From NCBI GenBank assembly GCA_016935665.1, contig JAFGQN010000096.1:8841-72840 (forward strand): a stretch of DNA of 64,000 nt. The letters are read 5' to 3'. Every line of letters starts with the position of its first letter. The stretch's first letter is position 1. Under the pieces are notes generated by a model. That model ran no database searches. It was not told where the DNA came from and saw only the letters and a list, made by a program, of their open reading frames with translations. Source of the DNA: Deltaproteobacteria bacterium (lineage in GTDB: Bacteria > Myxococcota_A > Polyangia > JAAYKL01). A program made the position numbers and the translations under genes. Shown here one piece after another: positions 20,234 through 29,670 of the stretch.

Positions 20234-20317
20234 TAGTTTGTCATTTTCACATTTTTGACTGATACTCCCCCCAACCCATTACTGTTCCAGTGACCATTAA
20301 CCCATTTCCGGAGTGTA

Positions 20318-23300
20318 TTGCAGATGCACGGCAATAAAAGCAGGAAGATTTCTGATATCATTTCGCAGCTTAAAACTGAAGCCAATACTGGCCTTGGCGT
20401 TCTGAAAATCATTCTCATTATTATTGTGATATGGGGCGTCTTCTCTTTTTTGTCGGATGGGACGTTTCTTTCGGCCAGGAATCTATCCAATCTTTTTCGG
20501 CAGATTACTATAGTGGGCACCATGTCCATTGGTCTCCTGATGGTGATGGCGACTGGAAACATCGACCTGTCGGTGGGGGTTATCGCGGGATACACGAGTT
20601 TTTTGGCGGCATCCATGTCGAATGTGTTTTTACAGCGGTTGCCACAGTGGTATCCGATTCTTAAAAACGTCATCCCGGGGACTGGGGAAACGGTAACTTT
20701 CAGCGGTCTGTTGTCCACACTGATAAGTTTTGTATTCTGCGTCGGTTTCGGTGCATTGGCCGGTTTGTTTCAAGGCGGACTGGTTGCCTGGCTGGGTATT
20801 CCGTCATTTATCACGACGCTGTGTGGCGCCATGATACTGGGCAATCTTATTGGTCTGGCCATGATGGGGGGCGAGTCGACGATTCACGAAAAAACGCTTT
20901 TGTATGTTGGCCAGGGATCGGTGCATGACGCAGTTGGTCTTGCAGTGGCAATGATTTTCATAACAGCATTTTTTTATTTTGCGTTGCGCGATCGAAAACA
21001 AAAACGACGCTATCATCTTCGACTGCAGCCGCTGGGGTCCACGCTACTCAAGTGCGGATTCGTTTCGGCGCTTGTCATGGCCTATGTCCTGTTTGTTGCC
21101 AACAGTTATATGGGATTTCAGGTATCGGTGCTGGTGATGATTGGATTGGCAGTCGCGGTGTCAAGTTTGCTCTTCAGTACGGTGTTTGGCAGATACTGTC
21201 TTGCTGTTGGTGATAATCGCCAGGTGGCCGCTATGTCTGGTGTCAATGTGCGAAAAGTAATTGTGCAGGCATTCGTCATATGCGGCGCCATTTGCGGCAT
21301 TTCCGGGTTTGTTCTGGCAGGATACAGCGCCGGCGGCATGGCGGGCGGACCGACGGCTTCCTATGACGCGATCATTGCGTGTTTCATTGGGTTGATAGCG
21401 TTTGGAACCCATCGGGGACTGGTTTGGGGTGCGCTTGCCGGCGCCATTATTATTGGCAGCATCGATTGCTTCATGGTGCTCATCGACGCGAAACCGCCGG
21501 TTCAGCTTATCTCGCGGGGGGTGCTGTTAATAGCGGTTGCATATGTGGCCGGGGGGAGGGGGTTGGCTCTTGGAAGCTACATGCAAACTGCTGTTTCGCC
21601 CATCTCTCTGGTTGCGGTTGTAAAAAGGGGCTTCCAATTGCTTCCATCCAGTTTTGGTCTGGATGAACAAACATATCCATCCACATATTTTTCAATACCC
21701 CGCAGTGCGCCGCGCACTGTTCCCTGGTGCCACCTGGACAACATTAAGCGATTATCGACACATCCTGCTTTCATTTGGAGCGGGTTGTTCCTTTTGGCGG
21801 CTGTTTTTTATTTGTCCGGCATTTCCCATGAAAGCCTTTGGTGCGATGAAGCCTTTTCGGCCAATATTGCAGACTACAGTGTTTGGGACATCTTTAAAAG
21901 TGCGTCGGTGGATGTGCATCCGCCTTTATTTTATTTGCTGCTCAAGATATTTCAAAGCGTCCTTGGCGAATCCGAGTTTGCGTTGCGATTGTTGTCCGTG
22001 GCCGGGGCGCTGGGTCTGATTGTTTTGGGGGCCGGTCCCGTAACCAGACTGTTTGGTCAGCGAACCGCTGTTATCTATGCAGTCATAATTGTTTTTACGC
22101 CGATTACGCTCATCATGGCTCATGAAGCGCGAATGTACAGTGTGGCCATGTGTACGGTTACCGCCAGCGCACTGTACGCCCTTTTGGCAATCAAGGAAAA
22201 CCGAACAGCAGATTGGGTGAAATGGGGCATTTTCAGTCTGGCGTCGGCGTATTTACACTATTTTGCCCTGCTTGCCGTTTTTTTCATCCATCTGTTTATC
22301 ATCGTCTGGGTTTTTACAAAGCATGGCGCACTGCGAAAGAGGATTCTAATGGAGTCTGGAATCTGTGCGTTATTATATCTGCCCTGGGGAATTGTATTGA
22401 TGAGTCAGGTGGCACGGGTAAAAGACGCGTTCTGGGTGATGCCATTTGAAGGTGTCATTGTTTTGATGTCGCTGCTGCAAACCTATTACTATAAAAACCT
22501 GGTGCCGTTTGAAGGCATTGTGTTTTTCCTGGGACTTCTGACCTTGTTTTCAGTGACAGCCATCATTTTTATTGCTCTGATCAAATCTTTTGTAAATCAG
22601 GAGAAGCAGCGCTTCACGGTTTTGTTCTATCTGGTATTCATATACGGTGCCACGCTGCTTTTTGCCGTGCTTGTATCCGTTGTCGTCAAACCGATTTTGT
22701 ATCCGCGCTACATGATGGTGTGCACGGGTCTGTTATCGCTGGCCTTGGCGTTGGGAGTCAGTCACTTTAAGCGTCAGTGGTTTCGCATCGCTGCGGTGGT
22801 GGTGTTTGCACTACTCAACCTGACCACTATCCGAAATGTATATGTTCAGCAGTTCAACGGCGCGTTCAGAGACATGCAAAAACAATTGAACATTGATATA
22901 AAACCCGGTGACTTGGTGGTGACCTCGGACTGTCACTGTGTTTCTCCAGCGCTGCATTACCTGCCATTTGCCCATCATTTCTTTTTTGTAAACAGCATTG
23001 AAAAGCGCTGGGCATTTACATTCGATGCCATGCGACCCAAATTCATCGATGCCACCGATATTGAAAGTGTGCTCAAGCAATACAAGTCATTTTGGATAAT
23101 AAAAGGGGGCATCGGACTATCGGTTGACGCAGAGGAGATGCTGGCCAATGCCGAAGGCTGGGAAATGATATTTGAAAAAAGCATGAACTATAACGAGTAC
23201 TCGCTAAACACGTTTTCCGTTCGCAAATACGAATACACCGGCAAACCCAATCCCCACGACACCCGTGGCGACCTTGTTGTGAAAATCAGCAACATTCGGA

Positions 23301-23665
23301 AGCTGACCGGAACCCTGTCCCTCTTTGTGCTCAACAAGGTGTTTAAGGAAAAATATTTTCTGGATGAACTTCGAAGAAGCTACAACTCCAAAGTCGTCCG
23401 TGTTGAAAATTCCGAACTCACCTACACGTTTAAAAATCTCCCGTATGGAGAATACGCCGTCGCTGTCTTGCAGGATGAAAACAACAATCATATGTGGGAT
23501 ATAAATATCAACGGGCAACCGGAGGAAGCGTACGGCGTTTCCAATTATGATCCACTGTCGCTGGAAGGCATCGATTTTGTTTTTGGTAAAATCAAATTTG
23601 ATTTTCACCGGCATCGGCAGCAACTCGATATTAAAATGAATTATCCCCCCAAAAATTGGCGCTGA
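20318..23665 (+). CDS. Fusion protein: sugar ABC-type permease (XylH/GguB-like) + GT-C/PMT-like glycosyltransferase + DUF2141
   Basis: aa ~1-410: FLSARNLSNLFRQ, GNIDLSVG, GIPSFITTL, T.FGRY, SGVNV. aa ~480-960: SLWCDEAFS, DVHPPLFYLLLK, EFALRLLS, EARMYS, YLHYF, LYLPW, PRY. C-terminus: GDLVVKISNIR..G, LPYGEYAVAVLQDENNN, GQPEEAYGVSN. One uninterrupted ORF. Confidence 0.82.
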   Translation: MQMHGNKSRKISDIISQLKTEANTGLGVLKIILIIIVIWGVFSFLSDGTFLSARNLSNLFRQITIVGTMSIGLLMVMATGNIDLSVGVIAGYTSFLAASMSNVFLQRLPQWYPILKNVIPGTGETVTFSGLLSTLISFVFCVGFGALAGLFQGGLVAWLGIPSFITTLCGAMILGNLIGLAMMGGESTIHEKTLLYVGQGSVHDAVGLAVAMIFITAFFYFALRDRKQKRRYHLRLQPLGSTLLKCGFVSALVMAYVLFVANSYMGFQVSVLVMIGLAVAVSSLLFSTVFGRYCLAVGDNRQVAAMSGVNVRKVIVQAFVICGAICGISGFVLAGYSAGGMAGGPTASYDAIIACFIGLIAFGTHRGLVWGALAGAIIIGSIDCFMVLIDAKPPVQLISRGVLLIAVAYVAGGRGLALGSYMQTAVSPISLVAVVKRGFQLLPSSFGLDEQTYPSTYFSIPRSAPRTVPWCHLDNIKRLSTHPAFIWSGLFLLAAVFYLSGISHESLWCDEAFSANIADYSVWDIFKSASVDVHPPLFYLLLKIFQSVLGESEFALRLLSVAGALGLIVLGAGPVTRLFGQRTAVIYAVIIVFTPITLIMAHEARMYSVAMCTVTASALYALLAIKENRTADWVKWGIFSLASAYLHYFALLAVFFIHLFIIVWVFTKHGALRKRILMESGICALLYLPWGIVLMSQVARVKDAFWVMPFEGVIVLMSLLQTYYYKNLVPFEGIVFFLGLLTLFSVTAIIFIALIKSFVNQEKQRFTVLFYLVFIYGATLLFAVLVSVVVKPILYPRYMMVCTGLLSLALALGVSHFKRQWFRIAAVVVFALLNLTTIRNVYVQQFNGAFRDMQKQLNIDIKPGDLVVTSDCHCVSPALHYLPFAHHFFFVNSIEKRWAFTFDAMRPKFIDATDIESVLKQYKSFWIIKGGIGLSVDAEEMLANAEGWEMIFEKSMNYNEYSLNTFSVRKYEYTGKPNPHDTRGDLVVKISNIRKLTGTLSLFVLNKVFKEKYFLDELRRSYNSKVVRVENSELTYTFKNLPYGEYAVAVLQDENNNHMWDININGQPEEAYGVSNYDPLSLEGIDFVFGKIKFDFHRHRQQLDIKMNYPPKNWR

Positions 23666-23676
23666 AAACTGCTGCA

Positions 23677-23698
23677 TTTGGGATTGTTCAATGCTACA
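23677..23698 (+). promoter_or_regulatory. Conserved upstream motif of GYF_2 gene copy 1
   Basis: TTTGGGATTGTTCAATGCTACA is identical to 25435-25456 and lies about 60 nt before each paralog's start. Confidence 0.5.
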
Positions 23699-23755
23699 GA
23701 TATTTCGTTGTTGCTAATTTAAAATTTTCAGTTTGAATGTGTTGTATTTCAGGAG

Positions 23756-24769
23756 ATGCAGATGCGAACTTACAAACTCAACGTGTATGGTGTTTATGTG
23801 TTGCAACTTTTTAGTGCGGTGTTCATTCTAATGCTTCCCACGCTTTGCATTGCAACGGAATCCACAAACCAATCGCCAGAATCCGATACAGATTCAGTCA
23901 GCACTGATTCCGATACGGTGTTATCAGACAGCGATAGCATCGATTTGTCCGATAGCGATAGCGTCGTCAGTTCTCCACCACCTCAGGAGATCATGTGGTA
24001 CGCGTACATGAACGGCAGCAAGCTGGGACCTTTTGCGCAAACCAAAATGGAAGAGATGGTGGCCAACGGTATTATCACCCATTACACCCAGGTCAATCGA
24101 GTGGGTACCGCCCAATGGGTGGAAGCCCAAACCGTATTCACGTTTGCAACTGAGCCCAGACCCGCAGCTGTGGAAGCCCGTATGCCCGTTTCGGAAATAC
24201 AGTCTGTGCCAGGACGCCCCCAGCCAGCACCATCCGCACCTCGCGTGAATGACGAATATCTGTACATTAAAGCGAGTCACGTGAAGTCCGCTAATGCAGT
24301 GGCAGCCATTGGTATGTTGGGATCCGCGGCGGGCATGGCACTGCAGATAGCCGGAATTTCTGCCGAAAATGAAGACAGATTTCTGGCGGGTATGGGAGTA
24401 TCCATAGGGTTTGGGGTTCTTCGATTTATTGGTGTGGTCGCAAGTGGTGTTGCCGCTCGCAGATATACGCGTCTCAGTGGAAAACCATTGTTTTCCTTTG
24501 GTGCATTCTGGGGTGGGTTCTTTGTGGGAATCGCCGGATCTGTCATGCAATATGCGTTGGGCGCCGAAAATGTGAACGCCCAGATTGGAATTGGGGTGGG
24601 TACCGAACTAATCAGGGACATTTTCTGGATTGTACATTGTGCCAATGCCGCCGGCACCACCATGGCCCATCGAACAAGAGCCGCGACGCACACACCGCGG
24701 TTTGCCATGGTTCCAATGGTGAATCCCCGGGTGTCCAGCTATGGGCTTGGTCTTCAAATGAGTTATTGA
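23756..24769 (+). CDS. GYF_2 (DUF4339) domain membrane/exported protein, copy 1
   Basis: Signal-like N-terminus, D/S/T linker, WYAYMNGSKLGPF....MEEMVANG.I...T.V.R.G..QW, hydrophobic C-terminal segments, terminal YGLGLQMSY. Confidence 0.75.
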   Translation: MQMRTYKLNVYGVYVLQLFSAVFILMLPTLCIATESTNQSPESDTDSVSTDSDTVLSDSDSIDLSDSDSVVSSPPPQEIMWYAYMNGSKLGPFAQTKMEEMVANGIITHYTQVNRVGTAQWVEAQTVFTFATEPRPAAVEARMPVSEIQSVPGRPQPAPSAPRVNDEYLYIKASHVKSANAVAAIGMLGSAAGMALQIAGISAENEDRFLAGMGVSIGFGVLRFIGVVASGVAARRYTRLSGKPLFSFGAFWGGFFVGIAGSVMQYALGAENVNAQIGIGVGTELIRDIFWIVHCANAAGTTMAHRTRAATHTPRFAMVPMVNPRVSSYGLGLQMSY

Positions 24770-24852
24770 GGATTCGTGAGAAGAAATCGCTGCAACGCAA
24801 TGGTGCAGAAAAACTGCTTTGAAGAACCGCCAGATTCATTTAAATAGTCGTT

Positions 24853-25368
24853 ATGGGCTCCCATGACGCACATCGGATTTTGGCGTATTATCCACACGAA
24901 GTTGTGGACAGAGCCGTTATGCTTCTGGAACAGAATCGGCTTGGCGATTTGCTGAAACAGCGATACCCGGGAACCCATGAAATTCGCACAGACAAGGCGC
25001 TTTATGAGTATGTTACAGGCATAAAGAAAGAATACATGCGCAAATCTGCCAACATCGCCCGTATTTGCTACGATGATCGGATAAACACACTGGAGAATGC
25101 ACTGGGACAGCATCGCTTTAAATCCAGAGTGCAGGGGGTAAAGCTCCGTGCGTCCAGCGAAATTCGAATCGCGTCGGTATTTAAAAAAGCGCCCCTGCCG
25201 TTTTTAAGAATGATTGCCGTTCACGAACTGGCTCACCTGAAGGAAAAAGAGCACAACAAGGCATTCTATCGTCTGTGCGAACATATGGAACCCGACTATC
25301 ACGCCATCGAGTTCGACATGCGCCTGTTTCTCCTGCACACGGACCGCTACGGTTCGCTGTATGAGTAA
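24853..25368 (+). CDS. ygjP: YgjP family metallo-hydrolase (DUF45; UTP pyrophosphatase-like)
   Basis: RYPGTH...TDKALY, NALG.H...SRVQG.KL, EIR.A.VF..AP..FLRMI.VHELAHLKEKEHNKAFY.LC.HMEP.YH..EFD matches the short enterobacterial YgjP pattern; HExxH present. Confidence 0.85.
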   Translation: MGSHDAHRILAYYPHEVVDRAVMLLEQNRLGDLLKQRYPGTHEIRTDKALYEYVTGIKKEYMRKSANIARICYDDRINTLENALGQHRFKSRVQGVKLRASSEIRIASVFKKAPLPFLRMIAVHELAHLKEKEHNKAFYRLCEHMEPDYHAIEFDMRLFLLHTDRYGSLYE

Positions 25369-25434
25369 AAATCGAAATTAATTTGTTTCCTGAATACAAT
25401 AGATAAATAGGGTTTTGAACCATTTTTTGATGCG

Positions 25435-25456
25435 TTTGGGATTGTTCAATGCTACA
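25435..25456 (+). promoter_or_regulatory. Conserved upstream motif of GYF_2 gene copy 2
   Basis: 22-nt identity with 23677-23698. Confidence 0.5.
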
Positions 25457-25516
25457 AATGTTTGGTTGTAGCGCTTTGAGAATTTTCGATTTGATGTTGT
25501 TGTGGAATAGGAGGAG

Positions 25517-26524
25517 ATGAGAATGCGAACTTACAAGTTCAATTTGTGTGGTGCGTATGTGTTGCAATTGTTTAGTGCTGTATTCATTCTGACAAGTCCC
25601 ACCGTTTGCGCTGCCATGGCATCCGCAAGTGAATCGCCAGAGTCCGATACAGATTCAGTCCGCTTTGATTCGGATTCAATGGCGCTGGACAGCAATAGCA
25701 TCCGGACCTCCGACAGCGATAGCGCCTGTACTTCGTCACCTCAGGAAATCATGTGGTACACGTTCATCAATGATCGTCAGCAGGGTCCGTTTCCGCAATC
25801 CCGAATGGAAGAGATGGTGGACAACGGCATTATCACCCATTACACTCACGTGAATCGAGCGGGTACCGCCCAATGGGTGGAAGCCCAAACCATATTCAAG
25901 TTTGCAACGCCGCCCAGGCCGACGACGGTGGATGCCCAAAAGCAGGCTTCAAAAGGACAGTCTGCGACGGAACGCGTCCAGTCATCGCCTACACAGCAAA
26001 CGAATGAAGAATACCTCAACCAAAAAGCGAGGCATGTGACGGCTGGCAATGCACTGGCTGCCATTGGTATGCTGGGCTCCGCGGCGGGCATGGTAATACA
26101 GCTCAACGGGGTTTCCGACGACGATGACGAAGTATTTCTGGCAGGTACGGGAGTATCCATTGGTTTTGGTGTTCTTCGACTTACAGGGGTGATCGCAAGC
26201 GGAGTTGCCGCTCGCAGATACACGCGTCGCCTTGGAAAGCCACTGTTTTCGCTTGGCGCATTCTGGGGTGGTTTCGGTGTGAATATCGCTGGAACTATCC
26301 TGCAGTATGCGCTGGGAAACCAGAATGTGAATGCCTGGATTGGTATTGGGGTGGGTACCGAAATTCTACTGGACGTTTTCTGGATGGTGCATCGCTTCAA
26401 AGCCGCCAAAACAACCAGTGACCATCGAACAATGGCCGCCGCACAACCACCACGGGTTGCTGTGGTGCCAATGGCGAATCCCCGGTTATCAAGTTATGGA
26501 CTTGGTCTTCAAATGAGCTACTGA
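25517..26524 (+). CDS. GYF_2 (DUF4339) domain membrane/exported protein, copy 2
   Basis: Colinear paralog of 23756-24769 (MRTYK.N..G.YVLQLFSAVFIL, QEIMWY, GIITHYT.VNR.GTAQWVEAQT, AAIGMLGSAAGM, SSYGLGLQMSY). Confidence 0.78.
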   Translation: MRMRTYKFNLCGAYVLQLFSAVFILTSPTVCAAMASASESPESDTDSVRFDSDSMALDSNSIRTSDSDSACTSSPQEIMWYTFINDRQQGPFPQSRMEEMVDNGIITHYTHVNRAGTAQWVEAQTIFKFATPPRPTTVDAQKQASKGQSATERVQSSPTQQTNEEYLNQKARHVTAGNALAAIGMLGSAAGMVIQLNGVSDDDDEVFLAGTGVSIGFGVLRLTGVIASGVAARRYTRRLGKPLFSLGAFWGGFGVNIAGTILQYALGNQNVNAWIGIGVGTEILLDVFWMVHRFKAAKTTSDHRTMAAAQPPRVAVVPMANPRLSSYGLGLQMSY

Positions 26525-26656
26525 TGGTGTAAAAGAGGTTATGTCACCACCCGCGCTAATCCTTTTGGGGCGACTGTTGCTGATGACTGCCGCATTCAAG
26601 GATTAAGAACGATTTCCCGCTTGTGTTTTGCCGCAAATGTAATTTATTAGAGGTCC

Positions 26657-27550
26657 ATGGTTATTTTTCTTAGCATACTTGTGGGAAGCATTGTTGCTCT
26701 CTTTTTTCCCAATGTCGTGCTGGTGTTAAAGCCCGCATTGCAGCCATCATTTGCAGTCACCATGCTTTTTGTGGGGATGCTGGTTCCGCCGGAAAATGTG
26801 CGACTGTTTTTGAGGCAGCCGACGCGTCCATTATTGGGACTTTTGGCGCAATACACTATTATGCCTCTTACCGCATTTGGCGTTTCCCTCTTTTTTAAAG
26901 ATCCCGTGTTGCGTACAGGCATTGTTCTGGTGGGTTGCATGCCCGGCGCCATGGCATCAAACGTGATGACGGTTCTGCTCAAAGGCGATGTCATTTTGTC
27001 AGTCACCATGACGACGCTCGCGACGCTTGCCTGCCCACTGATAATTGCCTTCTGGCTGCCACTTCTCACTGGCACGTCGGTTTCCGTGCAGGTATTGCCC
27101 ATGATTTGGAATGCAACATGGATGGTGGTGTTGCCCGTGTGTGTTGGAATCACGGTTCGATTTCGGTTAAAGACGGTGTCGCATCGCTTTGAACGCGTTG
27201 CGTCAACCCTGGCATCTGTTGCCATTACGTTGATTATTCTGGTGGTTGTGGCAGCCAACCGCGAACGGCTGCTTGGATTAAGCGGGGCATTGGCCGTGGC
27301 GATGCTGGCAATGAATCTGACCGGATACGGGCTGGCGTTTGTTGTGGGAACACTGTTTAAATGGCCCAAAACACAGCGACGTACGCTGATAATCGAGGTT
27401 GGCATGCAAAATGCTGGCTTGGGAAGCGTGCTGGCACTCGCGCATCTGGGAGAAGCAGGCGCCGTCCCCAGTGCATTCTATACCGCTCTGTGCGTATTAA
27501 CCGTGTCAGCCGCACTGCCGCTGCAAAAAAGATTTGTTTCCGATTTTTAG
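26657..27550 (+). CDS. Bile acid:sodium symporter (BASS) family transporter
   Basis: LAQYTIMPL, LVGCMPGAMASNV, KGDV.LSV.MT, RRTL.IEVGMQNAGLG. Confidence 0.9.
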   Translation: MVIFLSILVGSIVALFFPNVVLVLKPALQPSFAVTMLFVGMLVPPENVRLFLRQPTRPLLGLLAQYTIMPLTAFGVSLFFKDPVLRTGIVLVGCMPGAMASNVMTVLLKGDVILSVTMTTLATLACPLIIAFWLPLLTGTSVSVQVLPMIWNATWMVVLPVCVGITVRFRLKTVSHRFERVASTLASVAITLIILVVVAANRERLLGLSGALAVAMLAMNLTGYGLAFVVGTLFKWPKTQRRTLIIEVGMQNAGLGSVLALAHLGEAGAVPSAFYTALCVLTVSAALPLQKRFVSDF

Positions 27551-27819
27551 TCGTCTTTTTAATGATTTCAATATGTTACGTAGGGCGTTTAAGCAGCAGG
27601 ATGCCTTTTAATACCCGTTTCACTGGTCGCGCTCCGTTTTCGATTAAATCATAAGTGTTGCATAAAAGCGGGATGGCGCATCGAAATACGACAGGCAAAC
27701 CAGTTGGATATGGATTCACCCCATTGTAATTTCATTGACCTTCGATATTTCCTGGCACGCGTTGTTTCAGCACAGGCACATTATTATCGTTTTCTTGGAA
27801 ACCTGTCACAGGAGTTGAA

Positions 27820-28677
27820 ATGAGATTTTTTGTATTTATATGGTTTGCGATGACCATGTTGCTGAACATCGCCTGCGTTGAAGCGGATCAGATTGCAAAC
27901 AGCTCAGATGACACGTTCGGACTGTCCACTGACGATGCCGGAATTGACTCTGAAACATCAAAAGTGTCTGAAGGTGAAACCGACACAGGGATTGTCGGGG
28001 ACACGGATGTCGTTGATATCACACCGGAGAGTACTGACCGCATTGCGGATTTGGATACCGGGACGGGGAACAAGTCGAGTGATTCGGAATCGTCCGGGCC
28101 GGGTGCCTCTGATGACACGGAAAGGGACGAAACGGACGACGATACAGGTGGTGCGGACATCAGCGGTGATACCGGCACAGAGACCCCTGGTGATGATACC
28201 GATAGTGGCGACGTGGATACAACAGATGATACAGGGGCTGTGGATACCGCAGATGATGCTGGCGATGACACGATCACTGATACGAGCGAGACGGACCCGG
28301 AGGACGAGACGGACTTCGATACGGACATCGATACGGGCACAGCCGACGGTGTGTGCACCCCAACAAAGACATTGGGCTTTGGGGAAGCCAACGGTACTGT
28401 CGTGCTTAACAACGGATGCTACGAAATTGTCCCTTACAATCAATGGACCCGTTCGTATCTGGTGGGACTGAGTAATGGTTTGGTCAGTGTTTCCAACCCC
28501 GTCCCATACGTGTGGCACTGGACTGATGGTGTAAATAGTGTGAGTGGGGAAGGCGCATTTACGGCCCTGTTTGCACAGGACGTGTTCACCGGGACGTTGT
28601 ATCCGTATCCCGTGATACTGGAATTGACAGGCGACGGCAAGACTCAGGTGGAAATTCGAGTTTTCGAGAGTTCCTGA
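27820..28677 (+). CDS. Lipoprotein with long Asp/Thr-rich linker and small beta-rich C-terminal domain
   Basis: GGAG RBS, lipobox-like NIAC, about 150 aa of DT/DS low complexity, then CTPT...NGCY domain. Confidence 0.7.
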   Translation: MRFFVFIWFAMTMLLNIACVEADQIANSSDDTFGLSTDDAGIDSETSKVSEGETDTGIVGDTDVVDITPESTDRIADLDTGTGNKSSDSESSGPGASDDTERDETDDDTGGADISGDTGTETPGDDTDSGDVDTTDDTGAVDTADDAGDDTITDTSETDPEDETDFDTDIDTGTADGVCTPTKTLGFGEANGTVVLNNGCYEIVPYNQWTRSYLVGLSNGLVSVSNPVPYVWHWTDGVNSVSGEGAFTALFAQDVFTGTLYPYPVILELTGDGKTQVEIRVFESS

Positions 28678-28775
28678 CACGAACACGGTTTTCATTTTTC
28701 AGTTGTCGATTTGACACATTCCTGGCAGGATGCATAGTGGTTTTGAATTAAAAAAGTTGTGTTCGGAGGTCTCCA

Positions 28776-29327
28776 GTGAATGGATTTTTGAACCGGATGT
28801 GGCCAACGATTTTCGCCGCGTCGGTGTGTGTGTTTCCGGCAAGGGTTTGCGTTGCCGATGATGACGGGTCTATTGTGTTTAATTACACCTTTGAGGTGTC
28901 CCTGGCGCCGGAAGAGGTGGTCCATACTATTTTTGAGTTCGATCATCTCAAAACCTACTCAAAGGGCGTGCATAGTTTGAAGCAATTGCAGCATAAACCG
29001 GGCAGTCATGTGGTGCGGTATGAATACCGACATGCCATGTTTAAAACCATCATTTCGTTTAAGCGAATACTCAATTTATCTCAAAACGAGATAGACGTGG
29101 AAATGCTGTCCTGCTGGGACAATGTTCCGTTTTTGCCCATGCTGAGAAAGATGACTGGTCGCTACAAAGTGTATGTAAATGCGGCCGGGAAAACAGTAGT
29201 ACGGTATCGCACAGTAAGCGAATTTGACAGCTCGCCGGGCAGAGCATACCGAAAAATACTGAATCGGCGCAGTCTCAAGTTTATGGATGGTCTCAAAGAA
29301 TACCTGCTGTCGCGGATGGCGAAGTGA
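28776..29327 (+). CDS. Exported SRPBCC/START-like protein
   Basis: Signal-like N-terminus, APEEVVHTIFEFDHL, beta-strand run and C-terminal amphipathic helix typical of the Bet v1 fold. GGAGG RBS before GTG. Confidence 0.55.
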   Translation: MNGFLNRMWPTIFAASVCVFPARVCVADDDGSIVFNYTFEVSLAPEEVVHTIFEFDHLKTYSKGVHSLKQLQHKPGSHVVRYEYRHAMFKTIISFKRILNLSQNEIDVEMLSCWDNVPFLPMLRKMTGRYKVYVNAAGKTVVRYRTVSEFDSSPGRAYRKILNRRSLKFMDGLKEYLLSRMAK

Positions 29328-29670
29328 CCGCCGGAATTCACGTGGCGCCCCTGGAGCAGCAGGCAGATGTGGCGTAGACTATCTGCCATTTGAATTGCCA
29401 ATCTCAAATGGCTCTCGCAGATGCACCTTTAAATCGCGCAGTTATTGGCCGTTAATGGTGTCGATATGACGCAATATATTGATTTTATTAAAGTAAATTC
29501 GTCGATAAGTTGATGGCATAGCAAAAATTACCCTGTGTTGAACATCATTAAAAAAAATTTAATAATATAGAATAAATACCTGGGTATTAAAAAAATACAT
29601 AATCTGTCGTTTGTTTATTTGTGCACGCTGCACGGAAAATTCCCCATGCTGCAAAATTAGGAGGCGCGTT

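Noticed and set aside
27690-27730. GGCAAACC as the start of a c-di-GMP-I riboswitch
   Set aside because: The GAAA tetraloop stem and the GACGCAAAGC segment are missing.
27753-27770. TGGCACG as a sigma-54 promoter
   Set aside because: There is no GC at the -12 position with the required spacing.
27900-28350. GATAC/GACAC-rich repeats as a CRISPR or tandem array
   Set aside because: They are irregular codon-level repeats encoding the Asp/Thr linker, with no constant repeat-spacer period and no cas genes.
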